Part shown: positions 40,389 to 49,982 of the stretch, piece by piece
How the letters are laid out: the number at the start of each line of letters is the position of its first letter
Numbering within the stretch: the first letter of the stretch is position 1
DNA from: Candidatus Nomurabacteria bacterium
GTDB lineage: Bacteria; Patescibacteriota; Minisyncoccia; Phycocordibacterales; UBA9973
Length of the DNA: 64,000 nt
Reading direction: 5' to 3'
NCBI GenBank assembly: GCA_021413905.1
Contig: JAIOPO010000004.1
Coordinates: 1,597-65,596, forward strand
Translations under genes and position numbers: made by a program
Notes under the pieces: model-generated
What the model was told of the DNA's origin: nothing
The model's input: only the letters and a program-made list of their open reading frames with translations
Database searches by the model: none

Positions 40389-41738
40389 TTAAAAAGAATT
40401 CAAATAATTTTTGTGCATCTTTTGAGTTTCTTCTTTTGAGAGTTTACCGAAAACTTTCACCGCTTCGGAAGATTGATCTTTGAAAAAAATATCTTTTTCT
40501 AAAATATCTGGATGCACTTTAAAAGCTCTATCATTTATGCCGAGCAAATACAAACCCGACAATCTACGCACACGAGAAAGCGCCACATATCCTTGCCCGT
40601 ATTCAAAAACTTGTGACAAATCCATAATAGCCGAATCGAGCGACATTCCCTGGCTTTTATGCACTGTCATCGCCCATGCCAAACGCAAAGGCACTTGCGA
40701 AATCATCGCGCGCACTTTGCCATTTTCTTCGACAACCCAATCCAATGGTGAAACTGTAAAACTTTTTCCGTTTTTCTTTTTAATTATCGGGTAACCGGTA
40801 AACTCTTCAAAATCCTCCACTACACCGAGTGTGCCATTCACATAACCTTCTTTCGGATTGTTTTTCGTGCACATTACCACTGCACCGATTTTAAGCGTCA
40901 AAATTTCCGGTGACAAGCATCCTTTCTTGAGTGACATTACCAAAGGTTCACGCCCTTCGGAAACCATTTCAAAAATTCTTTTCTCTTCACTTATTTTTTC
41001 AAGCTCAATATTATTTATCTGATCCACATTATAATTGTGCGAAAAAAGTTTCGTGACATCGTCTGGCACATCGTCTAAAATGGTTTGCCTAGCTGTGACG
41101 TATTCCATATGCTCGTCATTTATTTTATCTGCGCGTATTGCCGAAAGTAAATTTAAAAAATCCGGATCATCCTGACGATGTTGTTCTGTCAGATAGCAAA
41201 TGACCAAGCCCGCCCTACCCCAAGACACTGCGTCATATGCAAAAATACTTTTCTTTTTTTCTATCAAAAGACTATTTTGTTTTTCTTCTGTATTGCTACG
41301 CACTATCGGTGGCAATTGAAAAAAATCTCCAACTAAAATTATTTGTATTCCGCCAAAAGCTTCACTGTTTTGTTTTACTTCTCTGCACACTGCGTCTATC
41401 ATATCGAGCATATTTGCCGTTAGCATTGATATCTCATCAATTATCAAAACACGCGTTTTCCTAATGCGTCTTGAAATATATTCAGTGCTCGCTATTTTGT
41501 CCAATTCGTATTTATCAAGTTTCGTGCGTATACCTATGCCACTCCAAGAGTGTATCGTCATCCCGCCTATATGCGTCGCGGCTATACCTGTTGATGCGGT
41601 TATCGCGGGCTCCACGCCATTGTTACGCAAATAATTCACAAAAGAATTGATAGTATAACTTTTACCTGCCCCCGGCTCGCCAGTCAAAAAAACATTCGCT
41701 CCCGTTTTTAAAATATTTAGCGCTTGCTCTTGGGTCAT
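40389..41738 (-). CDS. PIF1/RecD-like ATP-dependent DNA helicase (AAA_30 + UvrD_C_2)
   Basis: Walker A GEPGAGKSY, Walker B LIIDEISM, helicase motifs. Confidence 0.75.
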   Translation of the reverse strand: MTQEQALNILKTGANVFLTGEPGAGKSYTINSFVNYLRNNGVEPAITASTGIAATHIGGMTIHSWSGIGIRTKLDKYELDKIASTEYISRRIRKTRVLIIDEISMLTANMLDMIDAVCREVKQNSEAFGGIQIILVGDFFQLPPIVRSNTEEKQNSLLIEKKKSIFAYDAVSWGRAGLVICYLTEQHRQDDPDFLNLLSAIRADKINDEHMEYVTARQTILDDVPDDVTKLFSHNYNVDQINNIELEKISEEKRIFEMVSEGREPLVMSLKKGCLSPEILTLKIGAVVMCTKNNPKEGYVNGTLGVVEDFEEFTGYPIIKKKNGKSFTVSPLDWVVEENGKVRAMISQVPLRLAWAMTVHKSQGMSLDSAIMDLSQVFEYGQGYVALSRVRRLSGLYLLGINDRAFKVHPDILEKDIFFKDQSSEAVKVFGKLSKEETQKMHKNYLNSF

Positions 41739-41779
41739 TAAACTATTCTACTACATACGCACGAGTAAAGAAACGAAAA

Positions 41780-42409
41780 TTATTCTACTTTCCAAGAATT
41801 CTCATCAAAATATAACTTTGATGCATCCATATCCTTCTTATAAAAGAGAACACTGTAACTTTTTCCATTATAATCGTAAAAAACAAACTTAATCTCTTCA
41901 AAATTAAGAACTAATTTAAAATCTGTTGATTTTTCTTTTTCAACAACAAAACTAACATAATAAGAATTAGCTTTATCTTGTTTTAAATAAGTTATAAACA
42001 AAAGATCTTTATCTGATGGAATTCTCAAGATATTTTTTTTACCATTGTTAAATTTATATTCAACATCGTCAGATTTATAAGCTTTAGCAGAATAATACTT
42101 TTCATCTCCTGGGTATTTTACAAATACATCAAAATCTTTTATATTTATTGCTTTCTTTAGAACTGTTAAAGAAACCTGTAAAGTATACCCAAAACCATTT
42201 ATAGTTTTATTTTCTAAGTTAATATCTGTATGTGTATAAGAGATACTTGGACTCCCAGTAAGACTTATAATTCTACCATTAATTTCTGGCTTAATTGGCC
42301 AATAAGGCCTACTAGCAATGATTAAAGCTAAAATAGAAATTACTATAGTTGCCCAATCTTTAAAAGAAAAAGATTCACAATTATTTACCATAAAATTTAT
42401 TATACACAT
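41780..42409 (-). CDS. Hypothetical membrane-anchored protein
   Basis: ORF with N-terminal TM helix; no recognisable family. Confidence 0.3.
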   Translation of the reverse strand: MCIINFMVNNCESFSFKDWATIVISILALIIASRPYWPIKPEINGRIISLTGSPSISYTHTDINLENKTINGFGYTLQVSLTVLKKAINIKDFDVFVKYPGDEKYYSAKAYKSDDVEYKFNNGKKNILRIPSDKDLLFITYLKQDKANSYYVSFVVEKEKSTDFKLVLNFEEIKFVFYDYNGKSYSVLFYKKDMDASKLYFDENSWKVE

Positions 42410-42420
42410 AATATTAATTA

Positions 42421-44136
42421 CTACATTCTCTCCGGCAATTTAATGCCCAAAAGCCAAAGACCATTTTGCATTGTGGTTAGGAATGATTTTGTGAGAGAAA
42501 TATAATACGGAGAATATTTGTCTTCCGAATTTAAGATTTGTGTTTGTGCGTAAAAAGAATTGAAGCTGGAAGCCAAAGCTGTCAGATATGTGGCAATGTG
42601 ATGCGGTTCTAGTTCTTCATATGAGTGAACGACGACTTCCGGGAAACGATAAATTATTTTTTCTAATTCAGAAATTTGTTCAGGAATTTCTGAAGCTTTT
42701 TTTATTTCACCAGCTTTCACGAGGATTGATTTCGCGCGCATTGCGGAATATTGTAAATATGGACCGGAATCCCCTTCAAAAGAAATTGATTTTTCAAAAT
42801 CATAAATAATATCAGAACCCAAAGATGAGCGAAGAATAGAATATTTCAAAGCAGACACGCCAACAATTTCTGAAACTTTCTTTTTTTCTTCTTCGGTGAA
42901 ATCTCTGTCTTGGATTTTCTCCAATACTACATCCATAGAATCCCGCAACAAAGATTCCCCTGTTATGACATTGCCTTTTCGTGAAGACATCTTGCCGGAA
43001 GCAAGGCGCATCATACCGTGCGTGATATGTTTCATTCTTTTTTCAAGTTCCGGATGCATCAATGCAATCGCTTGCTGGACGACTTTCATATATTCTCCTT
43101 GCTCGATGGCTGTATCAACTATAGAAATATCCGGATTTTCTTTTTCAAACTTTATCATTGTCAGTCCTATTTCTTTCGTCTCATAAAGCGGTATGCCTTG
43201 AGAAGTCAAAAATACTCGCGTATGAAGTTTCGGATTATATTTTTCTGCGTGAAAAACTATAGCGCCTTCTGATTCTTCAAAGACATTTGGCACATTTGCG
43301 CGGACAATTTTCTCACCTATAGGCGCCATCTCACTTTCAAAAAAATAATAATCAAATTTTGTGCCAAGAATTTTATAAATTTCTTCAAATGCTTCAAGAG
43401 TAACTTTCCTACCCCAATCATAAATTTTATTTATTTCCGCATCGCTCCTGTCGTAAACTTTTTTATTTATTATGTCGATTTCTTTTTTCGCTTCTTGGTC
43501 ATTGTCATACAAATCACTGCCTTTTGAATAGCACTCACCAATATATTGAGCAAGAACAGAAGCAGGCGCAGATTCATCTGCCGGAGCACCTGCTTTATAC
43601 ATCCCATAAATCGCTTTCGCAATATGCGGACCGACGTCGCCTTGATAATTTGCACGGATAGTTTTCGCTCCGGAGAATTCCACAATTCTCGAAACTGATT
43701 CCCCAATAGCATTACTCATCAAATGCCCAATATGAAAAGGCTTGAAAGGATTTGGCTGAGTGTATTCCACCATTACTTTTTTGCCAGACAATACTTCATT
43801 TTTCCCCCAATCTTCTCCTTTATGTAAAATATCTTTTACATAATCACTGAAAAATTCTCTTGTTAAATAAAAATTAATAAACCCTGCGCCGGCTATTTGA
43901 ATAGTGTCTACTCCTACTATTCCTTTTTCATTTGTATCTTCATAAAGTTCAGCAATTAGTTTCTCTGCTAAATCTATTGGTTTCATTTTTAATTTTTTCG
44001 CGCAAACCATAGCGACATTTGTAGAATAATCCCCATTCTTTAAATCTTCCGGATGCTCCACGACAAAATTCATCTCTTCGTTTATATCAAGTTTTTTTAA
44101 CGCCTCTTTTATTAAATTTTCTATTTGTTGTTTCAT
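42421..44136 (-). CDS. argS: Arginyl-tRNA synthetase
   Basis: PNPFKPFHIGHLMSNAIG HIGH-region and ArgRS anticodon-binding C-terminus. Start likely MKQQIENL (ORF track 44175). Confidence 0.9.
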   Translation of the reverse strand: MKQQIENLIKEALKKLDINEEMNFVVEHPEDLKNGDYSTNVAMVCAKKLKMKPIDLAEKLIAELYEDTNEKGIVGVDTIQIAGAGFINFYLTREFFSDYVKDILHKGEDWGKNEVLSGKKVMVEYTQPNPFKPFHIGHLMSNAIGESVSRIVEFSGAKTIRANYQGDVGPHIAKAIYGMYKAGAPADESAPASVLAQYIGECYSKGSDLYDNDQEAKKEIDIINKKVYDRSDAEINKIYDWGRKVTLEAFEEIYKILGTKFDYYFFESEMAPIGEKIVRANVPNVFEESEGAIVFHAEKYNPKLHTRVFLTSQGIPLYETKEIGLTMIKFEKENPDISIVDTAIEQGEYMKVVQQAIALMHPELEKRMKHITHGMMRLASGKMSSRKGNVITGESLLRDSMDVVLEKIQDRDFTEEEKKKVSEIVGVSALKYSILRSSLGSDIIYDFEKSISFEGDSGPYLQYSAMRAKSILVKAGEIKKASEIPEQISELEKIIYRFPEVVVHSYEELEPHHIATYLTALASSFNSFYAQTQILNSEDKYSPYYISLTKSFLTTMQNGLWLLGIKLPERM

Positions 44137-44137
44137 T

Positions 44138-44566
44138 TTATTTATGTCCTGTGCTACCTTCCCTGCTATCACCACGCACCGTATCAGTCAAATCTTCCAC
44201 TTCTTCTACAATATCACAATGTTCGAATTTTTGTATCAACATCTGAGCAATTTTATTTCCTTTTTCCAAAGTCACTTCCTTATCAGAAGTATTTAGCATA
44301 CACATAATTATTTCTCCGCGATAACCAGCATCAATGACTCCACCCATAACTTTTAAACCCATATTAAAAGAAATACTGGATTTATCCCAAATCAAACCCA
44401 CATATCCTTCGGGTATTTCCACAGCCACACCAGTATGTATTTTCATTTGTTTTCCGGCAGGAATCGTAACATCATTCACAGTATAAAAATCCATACCCGC
44501 ATCCCCCGGATGTCCGTGTGTCAGCAATTTTGCATCATTATTTAATTTTTTTACTTTTAGTTGCAT
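44138..44566 (-). CDS. dut: dUTP diphosphatase
   Basis: dUTPase motifs (GDAGMD, GVIDAGYRGEI, RGDSREGSTG). Confidence 0.9.
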   Translation of the reverse strand: MQLKVKKLNNDAKLLTHGHPGDAGMDFYTVNDVTIPAGKQMKIHTGVAVEIPEGYVGLIWDKSSISFNMGLKVMGGVIDAGYRGEIIMCMLNTSDKEVTLEKGNKIAQMLIQKFEHCDIVEEVEDLTDTVRGDSREGSTGHK

Positions 44567-44582
44567 GAATTTTACTTAATTT

Positions 44583-45272
44583 TTATTTTACTACTTTTTT
44601 AACTATCTCATAAACCTCCTCGTGTATATCTTCTCGAGTGCAAATTTGATTTTTATTTGCGCAATTTATTTTTACAAAGTTTTTTAAATAAGAAGAAAGC
44701 CACAATGCACTTTTACGAGAATTTTCTAAAAAATCAACATCGCTCTCATGCACATCTTTTTTCTTTTTCAAATATTCTCTTTTCATTTTAGATTGACGTT
44801 CTTTCATTAAATCCAAACTAATACTAACAGGCAAAGATAAATACAATGTCATATCTGGACGAGGAATCTTAAAAACTTCGTATTCCATTTCATCTAACCA
44901 TTTTATAAATTCTGATCTTTTTTTAGCGTTTTTTATTTTACCCCCCTGGTGAATCTGATTCGCGGAAACGTATCTATTAGCTATGATTATTTTTCCTTGT
45001 TTTAACCATTTTACAATATTTTCTTTTGTCTCCCATCTATCAGCGGCATACAAAACAGAAGCTATCTTTGGATGCACATTTAAAAAATTATAATATTGTT
45101 CAGAAAGACAGTGTCCGATAAATTTACCAAAAAAATTATTATAGTATTCTGGAAAATCCAACATCTCTACTTTGTGTCCTTCTTTTTTCAAACGTTTGAT
45201 CAGTAAATCCACCTGTGTCGCTTTCCCCGACCCATCAGTGCCATCTATTACTATGAGTTTTCCTTTTTTCAT
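44583..45272 (-). CDS. tmk: Thymidylate kinase
   Basis: IVIDGTDGSGKAT P-loop, DRW motif; start likely MKKGKLIV. Confidence 0.85.
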   Translation of the reverse strand: MKKGKLIVIDGTDGSGKATQVDLLIKRLKKEGHKVEMLDFPEYYNNFFGKFIGHCLSEQYYNFLNVHPKIASVLYAADRWETKENIVKWLKQGKIIIANRYVSANQIHQGGKIKNAKKRSEFIKWLDEMEYEVFKIPRPDMTLYLSLPVSISLDLMKERQSKMKREYLKKKKDVHESDVDFLENSRKSALWLSSYLKNFVKINCANKNQICTREDIHEEVYEIVKKVVK

Positions 45273-45279
45273 ATTATTT

Positions 45280-46524
45280 TTACACAAACTTTTTAGGTAT
45301 TGGGAATTTTTTGGCGAGTTGTTTTATCTTCTTTGCAATTTCTTCTTTTTTCTTTTTATTGTCTTTATTGCGTAATGTTTCAAGCAAAAGCTCTGCTACG
45401 AGTGCGCATTCTTTTTCTTTAAATCCGCGTGTTGTGATAGCTGGAGTGCCGAAACGAATTCCAGATGGATCAAGCGGTTTACGAGTATCCCCTGCAATAG
45501 AATTCATATTTAAAGTCATACCCACTTCATCCAAAACAGTCTGCGCTTCTTTACCAGTAACACCGAGAGAGCCGAAAACATCTGCAAGTATCAAATGATT
45601 ATCTGTGCCTCCGCCGATCATTCGCACTTTGTTTTTCTTCATAACCTTTTCCATCGCTTTCGCATTTTTCAAAACTTGTTTTGCGTATTTTTTAAATGCC
45701 GGAGTTAATGCTTCTCCGAAAGCCACAGCTTTAGCAGCGATAGTATGCATATGTGGACCACCTTGAATGCCAGGGAAAATAGCTTTATCTATTTTTTTCG
45801 CAATTTCTTCACTCTCGCGTGTCAAAATAATTCCTCCACGTGGTCCGCGCAAAGTCTTGTGTGTAGTGGAAGTAATAATATCAAAACCATCATCAAAAGG
45901 ATTTCGCAATACTCCGGCTGCGATGAGCCCTGCAATATGCGCCATATCCGCCATCGTGATAGCACCAACTTCTTTTGCAATACTGACAAACTTTTTATAA
46001 TCAAGAGTTCTGGAGTATGCAGAAAATCCGGCAATGATTAATTTTGGTTTAGTTTCTTTTGCAACTCGGAGCATGTCCTCATAATCAATTTCACCTGTCT
46101 CCGGATTTTTCATTTTGTAAGTGACAAATTTATAAATCTTTGCCGGCAATGTCATTGGATGTCCGTGTGTCAAATGCCCTCCATGAGAGAGATCCATACC
46201 GAGCACTGTGTCTCCTGGCTCAAGGAGCGCTGAATAAACAGCCAAGTTTGCCGGAGCGCCAGAATGTGGCTGAACATTTGCAAATTTACATTTGAAAAGT
46301 TTACATACACGTTCTATTGCAAGGCGTTCCACTGCGTCAGTCCAATCTTGCCCTCCATAGTACCGCCTACCCGGATAACCTTCAGAATATTTATTAGTAA
46401 AAATCGAGCCATTTGCAGTCAGCACATCAGCGGATACATAATTTTCAGATGGTATAAGTTCCAATCCTTCGGATTGTCTTTTAGCTTCGTTTTTAATAAA
46501 CTGCTCGATTTTTTTGTCTTTCAT
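45280..46524 (-). CDS. glyA: Serine hydroxymethyltransferase
   Basis: LELIPSENYVS, HGGHLTHG and PLP-Lys region (TTTHKTLRGPRGG). Confidence 0.97.
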   Translation of the reverse strand: MKDKKIEQFIKNEAKRQSEGLELIPSENYVSADVLTANGSIFTNKYSEGYPGRRYYGGQDWTDAVERLAIERVCKLFKCKFANVQPHSGAPANLAVYSALLEPGDTVLGMDLSHGGHLTHGHPMTLPAKIYKFVTYKMKNPETGEIDYEDMLRVAKETKPKLIIAGFSAYSRTLDYKKFVSIAKEVGAITMADMAHIAGLIAAGVLRNPFDDGFDIITSTTHKTLRGPRGGIILTRESEEIAKKIDKAIFPGIQGGPHMHTIAAKAVAFGEALTPAFKKYAKQVLKNAKAMEKVMKKNKVRMIGGGTDNHLILADVFGSLGVTGKEAQTVLDEVGMTLNMNSIAGDTRKPLDPSGIRFGTPAITTRGFKEKECALVAELLLETLRNKDNKKKKEEIAKKIKQLAKKFPIPKKFV

Positions 46525-46588
46525 CAGTATTTAATATAATTAATTTTAATATACTCATTCTATCATATTATTAACACAACAAGGAAAG

Positions 46589-47458
46589 TTATTTTAAAAA
46601 AGAAAAATTAAAAGTTTTTCCGTTTGATTTCATCACTATTGTGCCTAATAAATCAGTACGAAAAACCTTTGCTTTAAACTGATTTAGAATATCCAGAGTT
46701 TCCTTGTGCGGATGTCCGTATTTATTATTTTTACCATCTGAAATCATCGCATATATAGGAGAAACAGCCTGCATAAATTCAGGTGAAGTGGAGGTATGCG
46801 AACCGTGATGCCCGACTTTTAAAATCGTCGATTTTAAAAGTCGGGCATCATTTTCCTTTAACACTATCCTCTCCGTCAATTTTGTCGCATCCCCCGTCAA
46901 CATCACCGAAGTTTCTCCGTACGACAAACGCGCAATCACCGATCCATCATTCGTCTCCCAGTTCGCAACATCTCTATCCGGAAATAAAATATCAATTACT
47001 GCTCCGCCACCAAGATTCAACCTCATTCCCTTTTTTACTAAAATGTCCGGAATATTTTGCCTTTTTATTTCTGCTTCTAAATTCTTATAAGTTTTCGAAT
47101 TATTAAATGTTCCCGGCTCAAAAACTTTTCCTACTTTATAATTTTTCAAAATATCTAAAAATCCTGCAATGTGATCTGCATCCGGATTAGTGATAACAAT
47201 AGCATCTATTTTTTTATCATATATCGGCATCACTTGAGAAAGCGGACTTAAAACTTTATGTGCTAGACCTGCATCAAACATCACCTGCACCCCAGCCGGC
47301 GATTCTATAAAAAGCCCGTCCCCTTGCCCGATATCAAGCATAGCAAAAGTCAGACCACGATGAACATTTTGTCTGTCTAAAGAAAAAATATAAATATTTA
47401 CACCTAAAAGCATCACTGCAAGAATCAACAAATAGTATTTTTTGCAATTTTCAAACAT
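46589..47458 (-). CDS. ComEC-type metallo-beta-lactamase-fold domain protein (standalone ComEC C-terminal nuclease-like domain)
   Basis: MLDIGQGDG...DAG, ITNPDADHIAG and HHGS MBL motifs; N-terminal TM/signal. Confidence 0.7.
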   Translation of the reverse strand: MFENCKKYYLLILAVMLLGVNIYIFSLDRQNVHRGLTFAMLDIGQGDGLFIESPAGVQVMFDAGLAHKVLSPLSQVMPIYDKKIDAIVITNPDADHIAGFLDILKNYKVGKVFEPGTFNNSKTYKNLEAEIKRQNIPDILVKKGMRLNLGGGAVIDILFPDRDVANWETNDGSVIARLSYGETSVMLTGDATKLTERIVLKENDARLLKSTILKVGHHGSHTSTSPEFMQAVSPIYAMISDGKNNKYGHPHKETLDILNQFKAKVFRTDLLGTIVMKSNGKTFNFSFLK

Positions 47459-47472
47459 GCTATAATATTACC

Positions 47473-48066
47473 ATGCAACAATTTATACAAAAAGAATTTA
47501 ATTTAAAAGATTTAAAAGGAATTTCAAATAAAAACATTGAAGAGCATTTGAAGCTTTATGCAGGATACGTGAAAAGTGCAAACTTGATAGTGGAAAAAAT
47601 TAGCGAACTTATGGCTGACCCAGAGAAGAATACTTACACTATCGGCGAATTGCAAAGAAGATTTGGTTTTGAATTCAACGGAATGAGAAATCACGAATAC
47701 TATTTCAAGTCTTTGGAAGGCGGAGCGAAACCATTGCCAGAAAATTCTGAATTAAAAACTGCTATTGAAAAACAAGCGCCATCTTTTGATGCTTGGCTTA
47801 GTGGTTTTAAAATGCTCGCTATGACTCGCGGAGTCGGCTGGGCAGTTTTGTATTACGATAAACAAACAGACCAATTAATACATACTTGGGTAGACGAACA
47901 GCATTTAGGACAATTAAATGGCTTGCCATATATCCTCGGTATTGATATGTGGGAACACGCTTACGTTTATGATTACCCCACTTCTGAAAAGAAAAAATAT
48001 GTGGAAGCGTTTTTTGAAAATCTAAATTGGGAGGTTATTGAGCAGAATTTTTTAAACTCCCGCTAA
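47473..48066 (+). CDS. sod: Fe/Mn-family superoxide dismutase
   Basis: Metal ligands are conserved: H in IEEHLKLY, H in NHEYYF, D and H in DMWEHAYVYDY; plus GVGWAVL. TATAAT lies 6 nt before the ATG, suggesting a leaderless mRNA. Confidence 0.75.
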   Translation: MQQFIQKEFNLKDLKGISNKNIEEHLKLYAGYVKSANLIVEKISELMADPEKNTYTIGELQRRFGFEFNGMRNHEYYFKSLEGGAKPLPENSELKTAIEKQAPSFDAWLSGFKMLAMTRGVGWAVLYYDKQTDQLIHTWVDEQHLGQLNGLPYILGIDMWEHAYVYDYPTSEKKKYVEAFFENLNWEVIEQNFLNSR

Positions 48067-49501
48067 ACAACCAATAAGCAAAATAAATATAAATAGCTAT
48101 TGTCAAAATCAACGGAAAATTTGGCACAGCGAAAGCAGCAAAAGGCAGATGCGAAAAGAAGCTTATAGTGCTGAGTTCATAGTGCAATAAAAGATAAGAA
48201 ATATATCCAAAAGGCAAAGCTAAAATATGCCAGATAAGTCCGGCAAAACCTGTAATAAAACCAAAAATCATAGTGATAGGAATAAAAGGCAAAATCATAA
48301 TATTTGCCGGCAATGCCACTATTGAAAGATTACCCATTTTGTAAAGTATAAATGGTAAAACGAAAACATAAGCAGAAAACGTGACACACACAACATCGCG
48401 CAAGCCCCATCTTTTTGTAATCCAATAAAAATATTTTTCCATTTTCGGCGAGACGAATATCACAGCCACTGTGGCAATAAAAGAAAGCTGAAAAGAAACA
48501 TCGTATACTAAAATATACGGATTAAATAAAATCATAATTACTCCTGCGAGGACTAATGCTCGCGCAATGTCATATGTGCGCCCTGTCGCGCGAGCTATGA
48601 GTGCCAAACTCGCCATCATTCCCGCTCGCACAGCCGTGGACTGCCCGCCCGCCATCACAACAAAAAGCAAAATACCAAGTATTCCCATTCCGAAACCAAA
48701 ATTCCTCGGCAGAAATGCAAAAGCTTTCATTATCCATTCGGCGACTATCGTGACATTGTATCCAGACAAAGCGACTATATGTATCGTGCCAGTATCAATA
48801 AATTTCTGCCTCATTGCTTGATCAAAAGAAGAACGCTCACCTAAAATCAGCCCGCCCATCAAAAGCGATTCTGGTTCTCGTATCGCCATATTCATTTTCT
48901 CCAAGAATTTTTCTTTCGCAGAAAATAAAATACTTTTTATAAAATTGCCATTATCTCGCGACAATATTTCAATCTTCGGATATTGCATCACATAAAAAAT
49001 CCCGTCTTTACGCAAATAATTTACATAATCAAATTCTTTACCTTGATCTGTCAAAAAATTCTCTGGTTTTTCTAAAATCCCTGAGAAATTTATTTCGTCG
49101 CCGTATTTATAATCTTCATCCAGCCCCGCAGATAATAGTATTTTTGTTTTGTATCCATTATCATCTGCCTTTATTGTCAGCTTCACATTGTTTTCTCTGC
49201 CATCTGGCTCGTCTATTATTTCTCCGTGAAGTGCCACTTTTTTGCCAAGCTGTGATTCGAAAACATACGGCGCAGGTTTATCTGCAATATGAAATCTAAA
49301 AATTCCAAAAGAAAATGCAATTATAAAAATACTCACTAATATGCCAATATTATTTTTAGAAATTAAATTAAAAAATATAAATAAAAATACAGATATCAAA
49401 CCGAGAAATAAAGCAAAGTATAAATTTATCTCAACCAAAGAACGTAAAAGAATTCCGAAAGCAAATCCGAAACATAATAAATAAAAAATTTTATCTCGCA
49501 T
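48035..49501 (-). CDS. comEC: ComEC/Rec2 competence membrane channel domain protein (DUF4131 + Competence domain)
   Basis: Polytopic membrane protein with the conserved ComEC core (MAGGQSTAVRAGMMASLALIARATGR...). Confidence 0.75.
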   Translation of the reverse strand: MRDKIFYLLCFGFAFGILLRSLVEINLYFALFLGLISVFLFIFFNLISKNNIGILVSIFIIAFSFGIFRFHIADKPAPYVFESQLGKKVALHGEIIDEPDGRENNVKLTIKADDNGYKTKILLSAGLDEDYKYGDEINFSGILEKPENFLTDQGKEFDYVNYLRKDGIFYVMQYPKIEILSRDNGNFIKSILFSAKEKFLEKMNMAIREPESLLMGGLILGERSSFDQAMRQKFIDTGTIHIVALSGYNVTIVAEWIMKAFAFLPRNFGFGMGILGILLFVVMAGGQSTAVRAGMMASLALIARATGRTYDIARALVLAGVIMILFNPYILVYDVSFQLSFIATVAVIFVSPKMEKYFYWITKRWGLRDVVCVTFSAYVFVLPFILYKMGNLSIVALPANIMILPFIPITMIFGFITGFAGLIWHILALPFGYISYLLLHYELSTISFFSHLPFAAFAVPNFPLILTIAIYIYFAYWLFSGSLKNSAQ

Positions 49502-49502
49502 T

Positions 49503-49970
49503 TTAGTGAGTTATTAATTCTATTGGTTCCCCGTCTGCAAAGCTCGTCGCTATCACATCTGCGCGTTCATTGTATTTTATTCCTGAATGCCCTTCTACGT
49601 AAGTCCATTTTATTTTAAAATCTTTTACCAAATCATAAAGCTCTATCCAAAGCTCTTTGTTTAAAACAGGTTTTTTCGCCGTATTTCGCCAATTATTTTT
49701 TTGCCAATTAAAAATCCATTCTGTGATTCCCAATATCACATATTTTGAATCAGAACATATTTCAATGTCTCCATTAAACTTGATATGTTTTAAATATTTC
49801 AACGCTCCTATCGGCGCAGAAAGTTCCATTTGATTATTTGTAGCGTGGTCTGCCCTGCCTCCCAATTCATGTACCTTTTCACCCGAAATCACAATAGCCC
49901 CCCATCCGCCTTTCCCCGGATTCCCCCTCGCCGCCCCGTCTGTATAAATAATTACTTTTTCATTTTGCAT
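49503..49970 (-). CDS. rnhA: Ribonuclease HI
   Basis: IYTDGAARGNPG, NQMELSA and SDSKYV motifs with catalytic D/E/D/D. Confidence 0.9.
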   Translation of the reverse strand: MQNEKVIIYTDGAARGNPGKGGWGAIVISGEKVHELGGRADHATNNQMELSAPIGALKYLKHIKFNGDIEICSDSKYVILGITEWIFNWQKNNWRNTAKKPVLNKELWIELYDLVKDFKIKWTYVEGHSGIKYNERADVIATSFADGEPIELITH

Positions 49971-49982
49971 ATTTATATTATA

